NCBI GenBank assembly: GCA_964016885.1
Contig: OZ024744.1
Coordinates: 60,884,001 to 60,948,000 of the forward strand
Reading direction: 5' to 3'
Length of the DNA stretch: 64,000 nucleotides
Source of the DNA: Eledone cirrhosa
Lineage: Eukaryota
The position numbers and the translations under genes are program-made. Below, piece after piece: positions 12,627 to 26,712 of the stretch. Every line of letters begins with the position of its first letter. The first letter of the stretch is position 1. The notes under the pieces were generated by a model that was not told the DNA's origin, searched no databases, and was given only the letters and a program-made list of their open reading frames with translations.

Positions 12627-13072
12627 GTGTATTTAGAAATAAGAAGAAAGCACGAACGCCGGATATTTCCCATCATCAGTTGTCTGCTGGAGATCACGGA
12701 CAATTCTACGCATTAAAGACAATATGTCTAGCTCCAGTGCATCAATAACTAAAAGAAGTTATTGGGTGAAAAAAAGGAGAGAGAGAAAAAAATATAACTT
12801 GCCTTACTTTCTCTTCGGTCTTTCCAGTAGCTGATTTTGACTTGCCTTACTTTCTCTTCGGTTGCTTACATACATGTACTTTTCATGTTTCCCTCTTCGG
12901 TATGTTTTTTTCCGTTTCTTTTTCCTTTTTCTCTCTCTGCTTTTTTCCCCAATAACTTCCTTTAGTTATTGACGCACCGGAGCTAGACATATTGTCTTTA
13001 ATGCGTAGAAATATTCGTAATCTCCAGCAGACAACCGATTCATTCGTTTTTTCCTCTTATTTCTAAATACAG
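12627..13072. repeat. Inverted-repeat element, ~160-bp diverged arms
   Basis: gcattaaagacaatatgtctagctcc versus ggagctagacatattgtctttaatgc. Confidence 0.85.
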
Positions 13073-13102
13073 TAAATATATATATATATACATATATGTA
13101 TA

Positions 13103-13164
<62 letters not shown>

Positions 13165-13531
13165 AACAACACTCCTTTACTTCCAATCTCCTTGACACTC
13201 CCCCAGACACACCCCAGACAAATCTCTTATATATAGAGCAATACACTGCAACACAACCTTAGATCAGTTTGAGAATCGCCACCGATGAATGTGAGAAAGT
13301 TCTTCAGAAAGTTAACCATGATTTCTAAGAAAAACTTCCCACCAAAGTTAGCAATGAACTTACCAGATCGACATAGCAAAATTGTAAAATAGTAAAATTA
13401 TAAAATTAAATTGTTTAGAACACCAACTACAAGTGAAGTCATAGCGGACGTAAAATGATGATGATATATATATACATATATATATACATACATATATATA
13501 TACATACATATATATGTATATATATATATAT

Positions 13532-13605
<74 letters not shown>

Positions 13606-13733
13606 GTATATATATATATCATCATCATTGCAACAATAAAGCAATGCAAATATCGGATAAGTAGCACTCCACAGTTTATAGGACTGGAGTATAAATAATA
13701 TAAGATCAAAAGATGGTTAAAAGAGTTCCAAGT

Positions 13734-13799
13734 ATTTTATTATGCGCATTTCAAAAACAAATATCATGGGATGATATTTGCGTTCTCATCAGATAAAAT
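13734..13799 (-). ncRNA. Type-I hammerhead ribozyme motif
   Basis: Reverse complement reads attttat CTGATGA gaacgcaaatatcat-ccc-atgatatttgttttt GAAA tgcgca TA ataaaat. Confidence 0.8.
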
Positions 13800-13924
13800 A
13801 GGGAAACATGATATGAAGCTTAAAAAACACTTGTGAGCAGTGAAGTTTTTGAAGTGAAGAGCATATGTTGATTTAACACTTCACTGCTCACAAGTGTTTT
13901 TTAAGCTTCATATCATGTTTCCCC

Positions 13925-13993
13925 ATTTTATCTGATGAGAACGCAAATATCATCCCATGATGATATTTGTTTTTGAAATGCGCATAATAAAAT
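13925..13993 (+). ncRNA. Type-I hammerhead ribozyme motif
   Basis: attttat CTGATGA gaacgcaaatatcatc-ccat-gatgatatttgttttt GAAA tgcgca TA ataaaat; predicted cleavage after 13986. Confidence 0.82.
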
Positions 13994-14101
13994 ACTTGGA
14001 ACTCTTTTAACCATCTTTTGATCTTATATTATATATTTACATATATATATATGTATATATATATATACATATATATATACATATATATATACATATAAAA
14101 C

Positions 14102-14140
<39 letters not shown>

Positions 14141-14143
<3 letters not shown>

Positions 14144-14642
14144 TACCCAAATTACCCGTGCCTTGCTGCGTTTCCCACATTTTTTTTGTAAGAAAATGAT
14201 GATTGATTTTAAATCAATGATATAATTTATGGAGAAAAACTCTGCATTTCAATATTACTCAATGTAAAATGTAATGCATGAAAAATTGGAAAACATTATT
14301 TTTTGTAATATATCAAATCCAAATTACATTATTAAATCTTATTCTTATTTTGTTTCTTGTAAATAATTTTTTTTCAAAATATGAATTCAAAACTTTTGTG
14401 AATAAGCTTCATATCTTGTCATTTACCTATGGTTTAAATTTCATATAAATTGAAGGGAAAACATATTCAGCGGGGGTTTTCAGTGGGGGTTTTGTGCTCC
14501 TGGGGAACCCTTTGATTAAAATCAAATATACTTATCCAAGTACTCTGGGCAATGTAGTTTCAGAATATATATGGTTATGGCGGTCTATCTCCAAAACCAT
14601 GAACAAACAAACAGACAGGAATACAACTTTATATATATAGAT
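14141..14642 (-). mobile_element. Degenerate non-autonomous Helitron-type element
   Basis: Minus strand begins atctatatatataaagttgtattcctgtctgtttgtttg, the same 5' architecture as 18268 and 19733, and ends ..gggtaatttgggtagt. Confidence 0.55.
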
Positions 14643-14855
14643 ATATGTTATATAAAAATATATATATATATATATAATATATAAGGATCGATCGACTTTC
14701 GTCAAATCGGACCAAGTAAACAATGTTTTCCTTGGTCTTTCCAGTTGCTAATACTATCTATCGGTCGCAACTCCAGGTAGAAGGAGCAACGTGAAATAAA
14801 GTGTCTTGCCCAAGGACATAACACATATATATGTATATGTATATATATATATACA

Positions 14856-14902
<47 letters not shown>

Positions 14903-14906
<4 letters not shown>

Positions 14907-15071
14907 AAGGTTGTGAGTTCAATTCTCAGACCGGGTGATGTGTTGTTTCCTTGAGCAAGACACTTTATTTCACATTGCTCCAGTTTATTCAGCTGTAGAA
15001 ATCAAGCCAGAATCACTTCCTGTCCCACCCTTGCAAGCAGGGAAAAGCGGACGTAAAATGAAATGATGATG
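14903..15071 (+). mobile_element. Truncated, internally deleted copy of the 11340 SINE
   Basis: B box to tail, with a deletion between two cagctgtagaaat sites. Confidence 0.8.
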
Positions 15072-15083
15072 ATATAAATACAT

Positions 15084-15283
15084 ATGTAGGCAACACGGTA
15101 AAAACCTCCCAGACCCACACTGTAAATGTGGTTGGTGTTAGGAAGGGCATCCAACTGTAGAAAACCTGCCAGACAGTCCTATGCGAGCAAGACAATCACT
15201 CTTGCCTCAAGTGGGAATACCCCCGTCCAAACCCATGCAAGCGTGGAACACGGACGTTAAACGTTGATGATGATGATGATGAT
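15084..15283 (+). mobile_element. RTE 3'-end copy almost identical to 5373-5575
   Basis: About one mismatch seen over ~190 bp. Confidence 0.9.
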
Positions 15284-15321
15284 ATATATATACACATATA
15301 TATATATATGTATATATGTAT

Positions 15322-16216
15322 ATCATCATCATCATCATCACCGTTTTACGTCCGTTCTTCCACACTAGCATGAGTTAGACTGGTTGTCCTGTTGTGGGCA
15401 GTAGCCAGTCGGCTGACCATGTCTTGCTCATATGGGAACTGATTCTGGCTTGATTTCTGCAGTGTGGGCTGGGTGCTTTTTTGCCATGGCACCTCCACGA
15501 CCACTTTGCAGTGAGAGGGGGGTGGAACTTCGGCTTGTACCCGTGTGTGGGGTGGGGGTGGGGGTGGGGGTCTTCTGTATTACTGCGTGACGGCAGAGGT
15601 CACGGTCGTGTGTCATTGCCCTTGAGAAGTACAATTGGGTAAGGTTGGCTTTTATCACCTCATCCCAGGTCTTCTTGGGTCTCCGCACTCTATGGCTTCC
15701 ATCGACTTCTAGTGCTCTGCATCGTTTTATGCAGCTGTCATCCTTCATACGAATCACATGTCCATACCAGCGTAACCTCCTCTGCTGCAGAGCATTTGAT
15801 TTCTCTTATGCTCAGTCTTTCTCTCAATTCGTTTATGCTTTGCCGTTCGTATATTACTACTACACATCCATCAGAGCATGCAAGCTTCGTTTCTTTCTAA
15901 TCTACACAAGTCTTCTACACATAGCACCCAGGTCTCACTACCATGTAACATTACTGTTTGTATACACGCAACATACAGTCTGCCTTTCATTTTGAGGGAA
16001 AAGCCTTTTGCAGCTAGCAGTGGCAGTAGCTCCCTGAACTTCTTCCATCCCGTTCTTTCCCTAGTTATTGTACTTTCCGAACACCCACCTCCGCTGCTAA
16101 TTCGGTCACCTAGGTAGCAGAAGCTGTCTACTGTTTCTACAGAGCCCTCCCAGAGTGTGGTGGTGCTTGTTTCCTGTGGCTGTTTGCTGCTTGCTGTCCC
16201 AGCACAGCTGCTACAC
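15322..16216 (-). mobile_element. RTE LINE 3' fragment
   Basis: CSSCAG..VDSFCYLGD..GWKKFRELLPLL..MLHGSETW..RPKKTWDEVIKA; (ATC)n at the left end. Confidence 0.92.
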
Positions 16217-16222
16217 ATATAA

Positions 16223-16254
<32 letters not shown>

Positions 16255-16806
16255 GTGTGCATTCATGCACGTATGTATGTGTGTGTATGTGTGTGTATGT
16301 GTGTGCATGTGTGTGTGTGTGTGTGTGTATTCTTCATGATGGAGATCTAATAAAATTGAAACATTTATGTTGCTTTCATTAACTTGGCTTATACAAAGTA
16401 TACTTCCATTACTTTGTCTAAAATCTAAAATTGTCCCAAAAGACTTGCACCAGCTTGGGCTATATGACTTCTCTCCCTTGTTTCCTTCTTATTATATGAA
16501 TTTCCCTAATATGAAAATAGTCTCAGTTGATTGGAGTTTTTCCCTACTCTCCATATTTAAACAACAAGACTGTATGTCTGTAATTCATGGAGAACTATCA
16601 CCTCAGGCATTTTCATCTTAATCTCCTTTGGCACACATAATCAGTACATAATTTCTTTCCCCTTTTCCTATATCTATATCTGACCATTCTTAGTTTAACC
16701 AAACTTGTAAAGTGAATATGCTGTACTGAGGTGATCTCACTCTGATCGATTGGCAAGATCCCAGACCTCTTTCACTTGCCGAGTGGGGTGGATCTTGTCA
16801 AATTGG

Positions 16807-17200
16807 ACCAACATGAACCACTAACTTCACTTCAATTGCTGACCCCAACATGAACCACTAACTTTGCTTCAATTAGTGATCCCAACATGAACCACTAACT
16901 TCACTTCAATTGCTGACCCCAACATGAACCACTAACTTTGCTTCAATTAGTGACCCCAACATGAACCACTAACTTTGCTTCAATTGCTGACCCCAACATG
17001 AACCACTAACTTCACTTCAATTGCTGACCCCAACATGAACCACTAACTTTGCTTCAGTTAGTGACCCCAACATGAACCACTAACTTTGCTTCAATTAGTG
17101 ACCCCAACATGAACCACTAACTTCACTTCAATTGCTGACCCCAACATGAACCACTAACTTTGCTTCAGTTAGTGACCCCAACATGAACCACTAACTTCGC
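16807..17200. repeat. 37-bp minisatellite, about 11 units
   Basis: Unit tgaccccaacatgaaccactaactt(ca/tg)cttcaatt(gc/ag). Confidence 0.97.
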
Positions 17201-17351
17201 TTCCCTTCAAGTGTATAGACATGCAAACATAATTTTTTGTAGATTGAAAGACTGATAAAATAACCGTAATTGATTTTTTTTAAAAGCTTTTTAACCCTTA
17301 TCAGAGGATATCTAATAGGTTGAATACAAAGTCTTGTTGCATTTTAGATAT

Positions 17352-18268
17352 AACTAGCAGAATGGCCCGGCGTTGTTCGGGATTTGCTCTAGGGTTCTTA
17401 TATATTTGATATATATTTATTCTTATTGAGCCTCATGAAATAAATACGTTTGTTTATATTTTGTTATTGTGTATGCAAAAAAATATCTGTACACGAATAT
17501 ATAATTATATATATATATATATATATATTAGAATAACAGATTAAAGTTTAAGCAAAGAATAACTGCTTTCACACTTAACGGGATCTTCTGAAACTAAAAA
17601 AAATCAATCTGTGAACACAGAAAATGAATCGCTGCTTTCACCCTTAACGGGATTCTTCTACCTAAAAGCAGTATGAAGTACATACACTAAGACTAACTGA
17701 TGTAATCGTTGGCCTTGTTTGTTTATATTTTGTTTTTGTGTATGCAAAAATATCTGTACACGAATATCTATATTAAAATAACATATTAAAGTTTAAGCAA
17801 AGAATCGCTGCTTTCACCCTTAATGGGATCTTCTGAAGCTAAAAAAATCAATCTGTGAACGCAGCAGTAAATATTTCAAAAAACGTTGCAATCGAAGGAA
17901 AACAGGAAGACGATACTTTGGTTCGTGAAAACGTTCCCTGGCATAAGAATATATATATACACACACACTATATATACATATACACACACACACACTGATC
18001 GCGTCATAATGTTGTAATGCAGACAGCCAGGCATACAGACAGATATTATGAAGGCGCGACGTCATATCTATGTATCTATCTAAAAAGAGAAAGACTAAGA
18101 GAACGAGAAAGAGAAAGAGATCGCTAAATCGCCTAATACGGTTTGCTCAAAACACTTCCGGGGCCATATGGGTTACATGTGTAAAGTTTGAAAAAGAACG
18201 GTTGGGTACTTCTCGAGTTTTAGGGAAACAGACAAACAGACAGACATCCTCTGTTTTATATATATAGA
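17352..18268 (-). mobile_element. Non-autonomous Helitron
   Basis: Minus strand: A|TCtatatata start with tgtc repeats; 3' hairpin cccgaacaacgccggg followed by CTAG|T; internal subrepeats. Confidence 0.8.
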
Positions 18269-18284
18269 TGACTTTGAAAACACC

Positions 18285-18465
18285 AAGGAAATAATGTTTC
18301 CATTGGTCTTTCTATTACTGATATTATCTACCGGCTACAACTCCTGGCAAAAGGAATAACGTGACATAAAGTCTTGCTCAAGGACATAACGCATCAGCCG
18401 GTCCAAGAATTGAACTCGCAACCTCACAATTGCGAATCCAACTCTCTAACCACTAAGCCACATGA
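18285..18465 (-). mobile_element. tRNA-derived SINE, degenerate
   Basis: Reverse complement has tggcttagtggttagag..gagttcaattc..tccttgagcaagac; related fragment at 14700-14822. Confidence 0.75.
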
Positions 18466-19029
18466 TCTATTAACGTTGAAGTATCTCTGTTGTTTTCAAT
18501 AAGTTGGCTTATAGGCAATGTCCACTCCTACTGTATTATCTTAAATTGTTTGAAAAGTCTTGGATCAGATCTGGCTATAGGAATTATCTCCCTTGTCTAC
18601 TTCTCACACTCTGAACACACTAAAGGGAGTTTCTGTGTTGAAATTGGGAGAACAGTATCAGTTGATTGGAAGTTTTTTGTGACTCACCCCATTCAAACTG
18701 TGAAACTCTATTTGTATATACGCACATTATGCACAGTGCTCTGATTAGGTATCTTAACCTCTAAAATTTGGTTACACATACACATTTATATATAATTCTG
18801 CATGCATGTACATTTTCTCTTGGCCTCGATTAGGCTATTGCAGATAAATTCAAATTTCCTTATATTCAAACTTACATGCACAAAGAGATAAAAATCATGT
18901 CTGGATGAGTATATATAATAATGCATATAAAAGGTAAAATAAAATATATTAGTTACGTAATTCTGTACATATGAATAATGCATTTAAAATACCCACGCCC
19001 ATGTCCTACATATAAGTTTTCAATTTGGA

Positions 19030-19300
19030 ATGAAGCTCTGTCACATTTGATGATATGTGTTCCAGTTGTTTGATCAATGGAACGACCTACTTGTGAAATT
19101 AACATGCAAGTGGCCGAGCAGTCCATTGACAAATTTACCTATAATGTAATTCTCAGGGAGATTCAGTGTGATACAGTGTGTGACTTGGCAGAACTTTTGA
19201 ATTACAGGTACAAGCCATTTGACAAACTTCCATACAGTTTCCTTTTATCTAATTTTATTCACAAGGCATGGGTCGACTTAAGGCTAACGATTACAATATG
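19030..19300. mobile_element. SINE-like relics
   Basis: gtaattctcagggagattcagtgtga..tttgaattacaggtac; related segment at 63835-63990. Confidence 0.45.
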
Positions 19301-19732
19301 AACTTAGCGCCCAATTTACACACACACACACTTGCATATACACTGACACACACAAAGCGTGTAAGGGCTAGTTGAGAAAATCAAGCAAGGAAGCCTTGGA
19401 CAGGGACAAAATTATACAGAGTCACCTGTGAAGAGTTGACTAATATTTATATAGTTATTGACAATTATTTATTGTGATTGGTGATTATTATGATCCTTTC
19501 ACATTGGAATGCACACATTTCAAATTTTCCCAATGTTTCTTAAATCAACTGCTTTGTTTACATTTCTAGTTACAAGACCTAAACCTTCTAAAATTATGGA
19601 ATTGGTGGTCAGCAGCCCTTTAGCACAGTGATTAATCCTTGGCATATGAGAGATGTGGAGTTTCATTCCTTGTAGGCACCTATCTGTCGACTGTTTTCCA
19701 TCTCCAAAGGTACTTTATCTGATTTTATCAAC

Positions 19733-20859
19733 CATCTCCCTCTATATAAAATCCTTTGTCTCTCTGTCTATCTGTCTTTACCTTATGCATTCTCAAACGG
19801 CTCAACCAAATGAAATCAAATTTTTTAAGGTAATAGGCCCCTGGATTAACAACATGTAATTTTTATTTTCATTTGGATTAAAACAATATAACATTTTAAC
19901 TAAAATAATATACTATAATCAACTATAAGTAAACGGACATTTTATAACATGATGTCACATTTTGTATCTGAGTGTGAATGTCTCTGTGAGTGTGCGTGTG
20001 TTGCATGTTTGTTAGGTACATTAGGTCTTGTAAGTTACATACACACACATCTTCATGTAAATATTTAATCAGATACACAGAGAATTAAACACACACACAC
20101 ACATCTACAGATACATATACATATATGTGATGACCGACAACTATATGTATGAGTGTATGTGTGTGTGAGTATACATACATTTCTGTGACGACTGACATAA
20201 TGAAATACTGGGGGGTGAAACTCTGTATGTGTTTGTATGAATGTATGTCTGTGTGTGTTTTTTTTATAAGTGTATGTTTGTGTGAGTGTGTGTGTCGGTT
20301 TGTTTATATTTATATTCTCATACCATTCAGTTAGCAGATAATATATTTGCTTATATTTGGTTAATTTGCTTATATATGGTTAATTTATACTGCATACAAA
20401 AATAGAGATTAATATATATTTCATTTGGATGTTGATACTTATTTGTTTACAATATTGAAAAAAAATGTCTTTATTCTAAAAAAATCCTCTCATACCTACA
20501 GCTGTTCCATTTGAATTTAAGAGGCTTCAGTTTCCAGTCAAACTAAGTTTTGTTATTTCAATTAACTAATCTCAGGGTCAATCCCCCATGGTTAACTCTA
20601 TGTTAGTTGCTCACGAGTTGGAAGCAGCAACAATTTATTCATTTGGACACCAACAAAAAATTACACAATGAATACCCTAAGGTGCTTCAAGGTTAACAGG
20701 TTTTCATTTCTAAATTCTATTATCATTACAATCTTGATATTTTTTTATAAAATATAGATATTTTGAAATAATTATGAGAAAAAAAAAATATCTTCATATT
20801 TATTGTTTAATCTAAATAAGAACAGCAGTAACCCAGGCAACGCCGGGTTATTCAGCTAG
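19733..20859 (+). mobile_element. Helitron relic with PIF1-like helicase C-terminal fragment
   Basis: 20498-20630 reads TAVPFEFKRLQFPVKLSFVISIN*SQGQS and LYVSCSRVGS; 3' hairpin cccaggcaacgccggg then cagCTAGt; 5' atctccctctatataaaa. Confidence 0.85.
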
Positions 20860-20869
20860 TTATTTATAA

Positions 20870-21030
20870 GGGCAGTGGATTGTCAGTATAGATTTACGGC
20901 CCTTTACGGTCTAAGTTCAAATCCTGTCGAGGTTAACTTTGCCTTTCACCCTTATGGAGTCGATAGGATAAGGTACCAGTAATACACTGGAATAATTGCT
21001 GGCCTTGTGCCAAAAGTAGAAACAATTATT
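20870..21030 (+). mobile_element. Second SINE family
   Basis: B box agttcaaatcc, core gcctttcacccttatggagtcgata..gtaccagt, tail ggccttgtgccaaaagtagaaacaattatt; many copies in the window. Confidence 0.8.
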
Positions 21031-22005
21031 TATAGTGATCGACTGTTGGTATTCTATCAAATATTTGTAGTTTGTGTATCTCTAAATCTCTATTTTCTAA
21101 TTTTATATTGATCAGTGAAAGCTATATTGTAGATGTTAAATTTTGTAAACATAAACAATTATAAGCACAGACAATGTAAAACTGTGTAATTCATCTAAGA
21201 AACAATAGTATTCCACCTTTGTCTTTTCTTTCAAGCAGCAAATTAATTTGTTTTCAACTTCAATCAACACAAGCCTCATAAATGTTAAATATAGTTAATT
21301 AGTTACATGCAAGTACATAGCATTAAATTCTCTTGCAGCTAGATATCATTTGAAAATATTATTTTTATGGCTGATTCTTTTTACACATTTATTTTTTGTT
21401 AATCATCATTGTGGCTGAAAAGAGAATCATTTTCAATGATACATCATCATCATCATCATCATCATTGTTTAACTTCCATTTTCCATGCTAACATAGGTTA
21501 TATATATATATGATGATAGTGGCTGCAACTTGATTTCAAGAAATACCATTGCTTGATACTTAAGCATGAGCATCACGGACGTGGCTTTTTAGTCTTGCTA
21601 GGGACTTGCCTATGGTCAGCAATATGATGTATTACAAAAGATGTCATATATCAAACGATGCCTGTGCTTGAAGCTTGTTTAAGGGAGGAAAGGCGTTGCA
21701 CGGGGCCAATCCCACTCTCTGAACATTGAATGTATTTACCCAAAAAGAAGAACTAACTGATCTACAACATTAGATGCAAACAAACATACATACATACATA
21801 CATACACACAGACACATATATAAATAGAGAGAGATAAGAGAGAGAGAGAAAGGGAGAAGAGAGTGGCAATATTAGAAGGTAACTCTTCAATAACATGGGA
21901 ACATACTAAATGGAGAAAGTCACACAGAATTAACCTTAAAAACTGGGATTTAATTATATTTTGTCGTTTTATTGTACACACACTCACAAGCATTCACGCG
22001 CACAT

Positions 22006-22054
<49 letters not shown>

Positions 22055-22904
22055 CACACACACGAATACCCACGTACACACACAGGTGCTTTTCAAAAAG
22101 AAACATCATGTGACTTGTCCAAAACCAGACTTTTACATATGTCTTCAATTTGTTCTTTCAGTAAGGGTGTAACAATAACATTTTTTTAAAAAGTGCCATG
22201 CTTTTCTTTTGTATGGTTTCAAATCAGCTGCACTTGATGGTGGAGGAATTCTTTCATTGATAAGTTTCCCTAAGTAATCAAAGCTACAAATACCTGCTTG
22301 ACAAGTTCTAATTTTGTTATTTTGCTACTGGGAAACAAACTGATAGTGCGTTGTGAAAAACTACCTGTGCTTCTACAATAAAAGAATGCTTGTTTTAAAG
22401 TATTCATATTTAACTAGAAACCTTTCAACATGATTTTAAGTTATGTTTCAAACACCAGCTAAATGATGAGAAATGAAATTTAGTTATATTATTAAATCCT
22501 TCCATATTTGGGATTATTTTCAAAATTATTTGAAATATTTAGGAAGTATCTTTCATTAAGAATATTATAATAAGGGATCCTCTCAGTCTTGGGATCTTTT
22601 AATAAAGTTCACTTTCATGCAAATATTTCGATCCTGTTCTTTGAATTGAGCATATCTTTTCTCTCCCTTCCCATCAATCTTGCAGGCTTTGCCCTTCCAA
22701 CTGTCTAAGAGATAAAAAAAAACAAAACAAAGAACAAACCTTTATTGCTATTTTGCTTTAGTTTTCTCACTCAATTTGAAAATTGTGGTATAGTTAGTTA
22801 AGAGGTTTTAAATTTATATTGTACATTGACTATTTAGTTCTTGTATAAATGGGGATAAGTTACCAGCATTTAGGCAGGTTCTGGTGTGCTGCCTCAGCCA
22901 TCAG

Positions 22905-23275
22905 CAGTCTGTAAGTCACTGTAGCCTTAGTTGAGTTATGAAAACACACCTCTAGCCCTCAGTAATCAACAATCAGTTGGTCAGTCACCATAACTGAACA
23001 GTGAAAACACATCTCTGGTCCTCAGCAGTCTGTTAGTCAGTGTCACCTTAGCTGAGCAGTGAAAACACACCTCTGGTCTTCAAAAGTCAGCAGTCTGTTA
23101 GTCAGTGTCACCTTAGCTGTACAGTGAAAACACACCTCTGGTCCTCAACAGTCTGTTAGTCATGTCACCTTAGCTAAGCAGTGAAAATACACTACTGGCT
23201 CTCAGCATTTAACTATTATTAATCAATGTCACTTTAGCTGAGCAGTGGAAACACACATCTGGCCCTCAGCAGTTA
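22905..23275. repeat. Degenerate ~55-60-bp tandem repeat, about 6 units
   Basis: Recurring gtcaccttagctgagcagtgaaaacacacctctggtcctcagcagtctgtta. Confidence 0.8.
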
Positions 23276-25727
23276 GAGTCCCCTTAAACCTAGGTCAGTT
23301 TAAGACTCAGTCTGCTCCTAGTTTCGACAGTGTTGGCTCACCATGAAGTTTAGTGGCCTTGGCCTCCAATCTGCATCAGATCTGGAACTGTCAGCCTATC
23401 TCTTTAATCTCCTCCTGTCGCACCCTCATCAACGAGGTCCTCAGCAAGATGGCACAACCTGATGTGGTTCAAGAATTGGAGTTAATCAGGTTGACTAGAC
23501 CACTGAAGGCCTCTCCATTCCCTAGTATACAAATGTCTAATGTAACTGGGACAACATCAAGTGCCAGTCTACTTCCAGGCAGATTGAGTCTTCTTTGGAG
23601 CAACACCATCTCACCTGCAAATTAAGCAAATACTGGGGCTTGTCTGGCTGCTTCCTCTTTGTGTTGGTCGCCATTGAGACCTCAAGCATCCTTGGCTGAC
23701 CTCTGTAAAATCAGAATGACAGCAGCCTGTCTGTAAGGTAGGGTGGCTGTTGCTGGCTATTATTCACAGCAATGCCTATTCCATTTTGCTGAAATACCAC
23801 TCTGACCAGGTGTAGAGTCCGTCACTCTCTCCCACTCCCTCCTTTCTTTTGTTGCTAAATAATAACCCTAACCACTTTCCCTCTTTTCTTCTTATTTATA
23901 GTCTTTTGCAATGCTACTTTCTTTTTCTCTATGTTTGACTAAATATTAAATACTTTATTACTTTTATGTAATTTTATCATACAAATAAAAGCTTTACTTA
24001 ATAAAAAAAATCTGCTACTTGTATCCCAGTTTGACAACCCTGCAATAGACTAACAAATGAGAAGCAAAGAGACAGAGTGTTAACAAGGAATCACATTTCA
24101 AAACAATCAACAACAGCCAACCAGTCAGCCAGCCAAGTTAACCAGCCAGGCAGCCAGCCAACCACCTGTGAAAGAGGATCAAGTCATTAGATGTCATGTA
24201 GAGTTGAGCTAACTCACAGACTTGATGTTGACATGTTGACCTGTTGACCTGTCAACCTACCAAATATTGTTTTGAAATCACAGCTTGAAGATTACAAAGG
24301 TCAATGAAAAATCATTAAATCAAGCTTCTTTACAAAGAATTTTGGAATTTAGAATTTTTTACATTTACCCATTTGATACCAACCCACCTGAAGCTACTTC
24401 TGTTTCTACATTAGAAAATTGTTAGTTTGAAGTTATTTATTTTTATCTAAAAACTTTCCATCATAATTTTATGAAAGCAACATTGCTAAGTTATGTTCCA
24501 AAAAACATCTTCATAATGAGAAAGTTAGATGCAATTTTAAATCCTTCCAAATTTTTCATTATTTTCCAAATTATTTGAAAATCATAGGCTGTGTCTTTCA
24601 TGATAATTATTTTCATGATAATGAAAGGGTTATATACATATCATCATCATCATCGTCATCGTTTAATGTCTATCTTCCATACTAGCATGGGTAGATATAT
24701 TTATACTAAAGTTTATTTTGTATTGTAGTGTATTCTAGATATAACTTGCACTAGGCATTCCCTTCATCATTATATATATTAAAATTAATTGCCAACATAA
24801 GCACTAATAATACACAAATAAGTACCTCCATTTTTCGGTTGGTACTACATTTGGCAGGCTTTAAAAAACCATCAGTTATGTATTTGTTTGTATTTGTTTC
24901 ATGATGTATTAGGTTGGATACAAAGACCTGTCACATTTTGTACAAAGAAAAGAAAAGATGTTTTGATGTATATCTATAGCGGATCAAATGGTAGGATTGT
25001 TTATTCAATTGTTGTGTGAGTACTCACTTGTAGATTGCTTAATGGTGTGGTCACTGTTGTGTAGAATGTAGATGAGAGAAGATTGATATGCCTGACACTG
25101 TGACCAGAGATTGCGTGTGCAAGTAAGTGAGTAATAGTGTTCATTATGATGATGATGATGTGATAGTTCCTTGATTACATAGGAAATGAAATATATAAAC
25201 CACAATAACACAAGCCACTATGCTACTAATTTATTGAATATAACCTTCACCGAAGTTATAAGACAATACATGAAGAACAAATAAACACAGATGAATTATG
25301 TGTTTGGATGATGTGGTTTTGTATTTGTTTGTAAAGGTTTTACTAAAAATTGTATTTACTAAAACTTCTGTTGATGTGATGAATTTTGCTGGCCTGGCTA
25401 AGAAAAGCCAAGAGAAAGAGAAAGTTAGAGAGACCCAGAGGGCCTGTGTAAAGCAGTAACTACATGTTAGCTCTTAGAATTAAATGCTCCAACTGACCTG
25501 GCTGTTCCGAGAGCCGGCTATCTTATGAATCGCTTCCTTTATCTTGAGGCCTGAGAAAAATCAGATGGCTATTTGATATGTTGAAATCTCAGACATATTG
25601 GCGACTCAAAACCCATTTAGAATGTGAACTTATGTATGAGGCCACAGAGGTCAGCTTCTTGGCGGCCGATTTGATAGTAATAACAACTCCGTTGAAAAGA
25701 GCATCAAATTACTGCTACATATCTTCT

Positions 25728-26515
25728 CTCAATATAATATTTTCCTTCATTTTTAATAACATAATCCCACCTGGCTGGCAAGTTGTTAATCCCTCTGGCA
25801 TAAAAAAGCAAAGAAGGATTCAATGTCCATTTTTAGCTCTTCTTGATTGGTAAACTGTTTGTGCATTTAGAAAATGTTGCAATGATTTGAAAATATGATA
25901 ATCTGACAGAGAAAGGTTAGATGAATATGGAGGATGAGGTAAAATTTCCATATTAAGTGTAAGAATTTTGTCATGTGGTCCTAATATTACCAGTGTATTT
26001 TGGTATATGTGGTCTTGCTTTGTCATGTAAGAGCAACACATCTTTATGATTTGCCAATGCTGGTTGATTTTGATATAATGATTCCAGTTGGTAACAATAC
26101 TTATCAGCATTAAATGTCTTGCCTCAGTTCAACACTTCATAATAGATGACACCTTTCATATCCCACCTAACACAGAACTTAACTTTTCCTGGTTTAGGCA
26201 CGGTTCCCCTTTTTTATTGGGTGATAACCATTGTAGTTTTCTTTGGATATTATGGTATAGTACCCACTTTTCATCAATGGCTATTATTCTGTCCAGAAAG
26301 GGGTCATTAGTAAGTCTACCCTTTAATAAAGAGCAAAGGACAACTCTTTGATCGAGTTGAGTAGCAATCAGATTATATGGTAGTCACTGGTTAAGTTTAG
26401 ACACCTTTCCCAGTTCATATAGGTGCTTTACAATAGTACTGTGATATGATTTGAACACTTATTCTGATGCAGTTTGCTTAGGATTTTCTTTTACCACATT
26501 CTGTAAAAAGTCAAA
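25728..26515 (-). pseudogene. Mariner transposase relic
   Basis: PFLDRIIAIDEKWVLYHN, HPPYSSNLSLSDYHIFKSLQHFL, FYARGINNLPARWDYVIKNEGKYII; a candidate TIR tattaggttgg lies near 24908. Confidence 0.88.
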
Positions 26516-26712
26516 ATCGAGAGAACCCGGTCACTCTGACAATGAAAAAAAAAGAAAAAAAGAAAAAAAAATAGAAAAAAAAAAGAAAAAAAGAAGGGAA
26601 AAAAGAAAAAAAAGAAAAAAAAAAAGGAAAAAAAAGAAAAAAAAAGAAAAGAAAAGTGTATTAAAACAAAAACAAAAAAAATGAAAAGTTTATATTGCAG
26701 TCAGTATTGAAA

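Larger units (their letters stand above)
13625..14035. mobile_element. Non-autonomous Penelope-terminus-derived fold-back element
   Basis: Arms 13696-13858 / 13878-14032; homologous to 50463-50620 and 52245-52480, which flank a GIY-YIG ORF. Confidence 0.8.

Noticed and set aside
13281-13320. ccgatga...gaaagttaac as a hammerhead
   Set aside because: No convincing stem I or II, and the homologous copy near 58700 does not keep the core
22850-24045. Possible solo LTR
   Set aside because: No second copy, TSD or clear TG..CA boundaries could be established by eye
26451-26684. Lys-rich ORF
   Set aside because: A-rich low-complexity tract at a rearrangement junction
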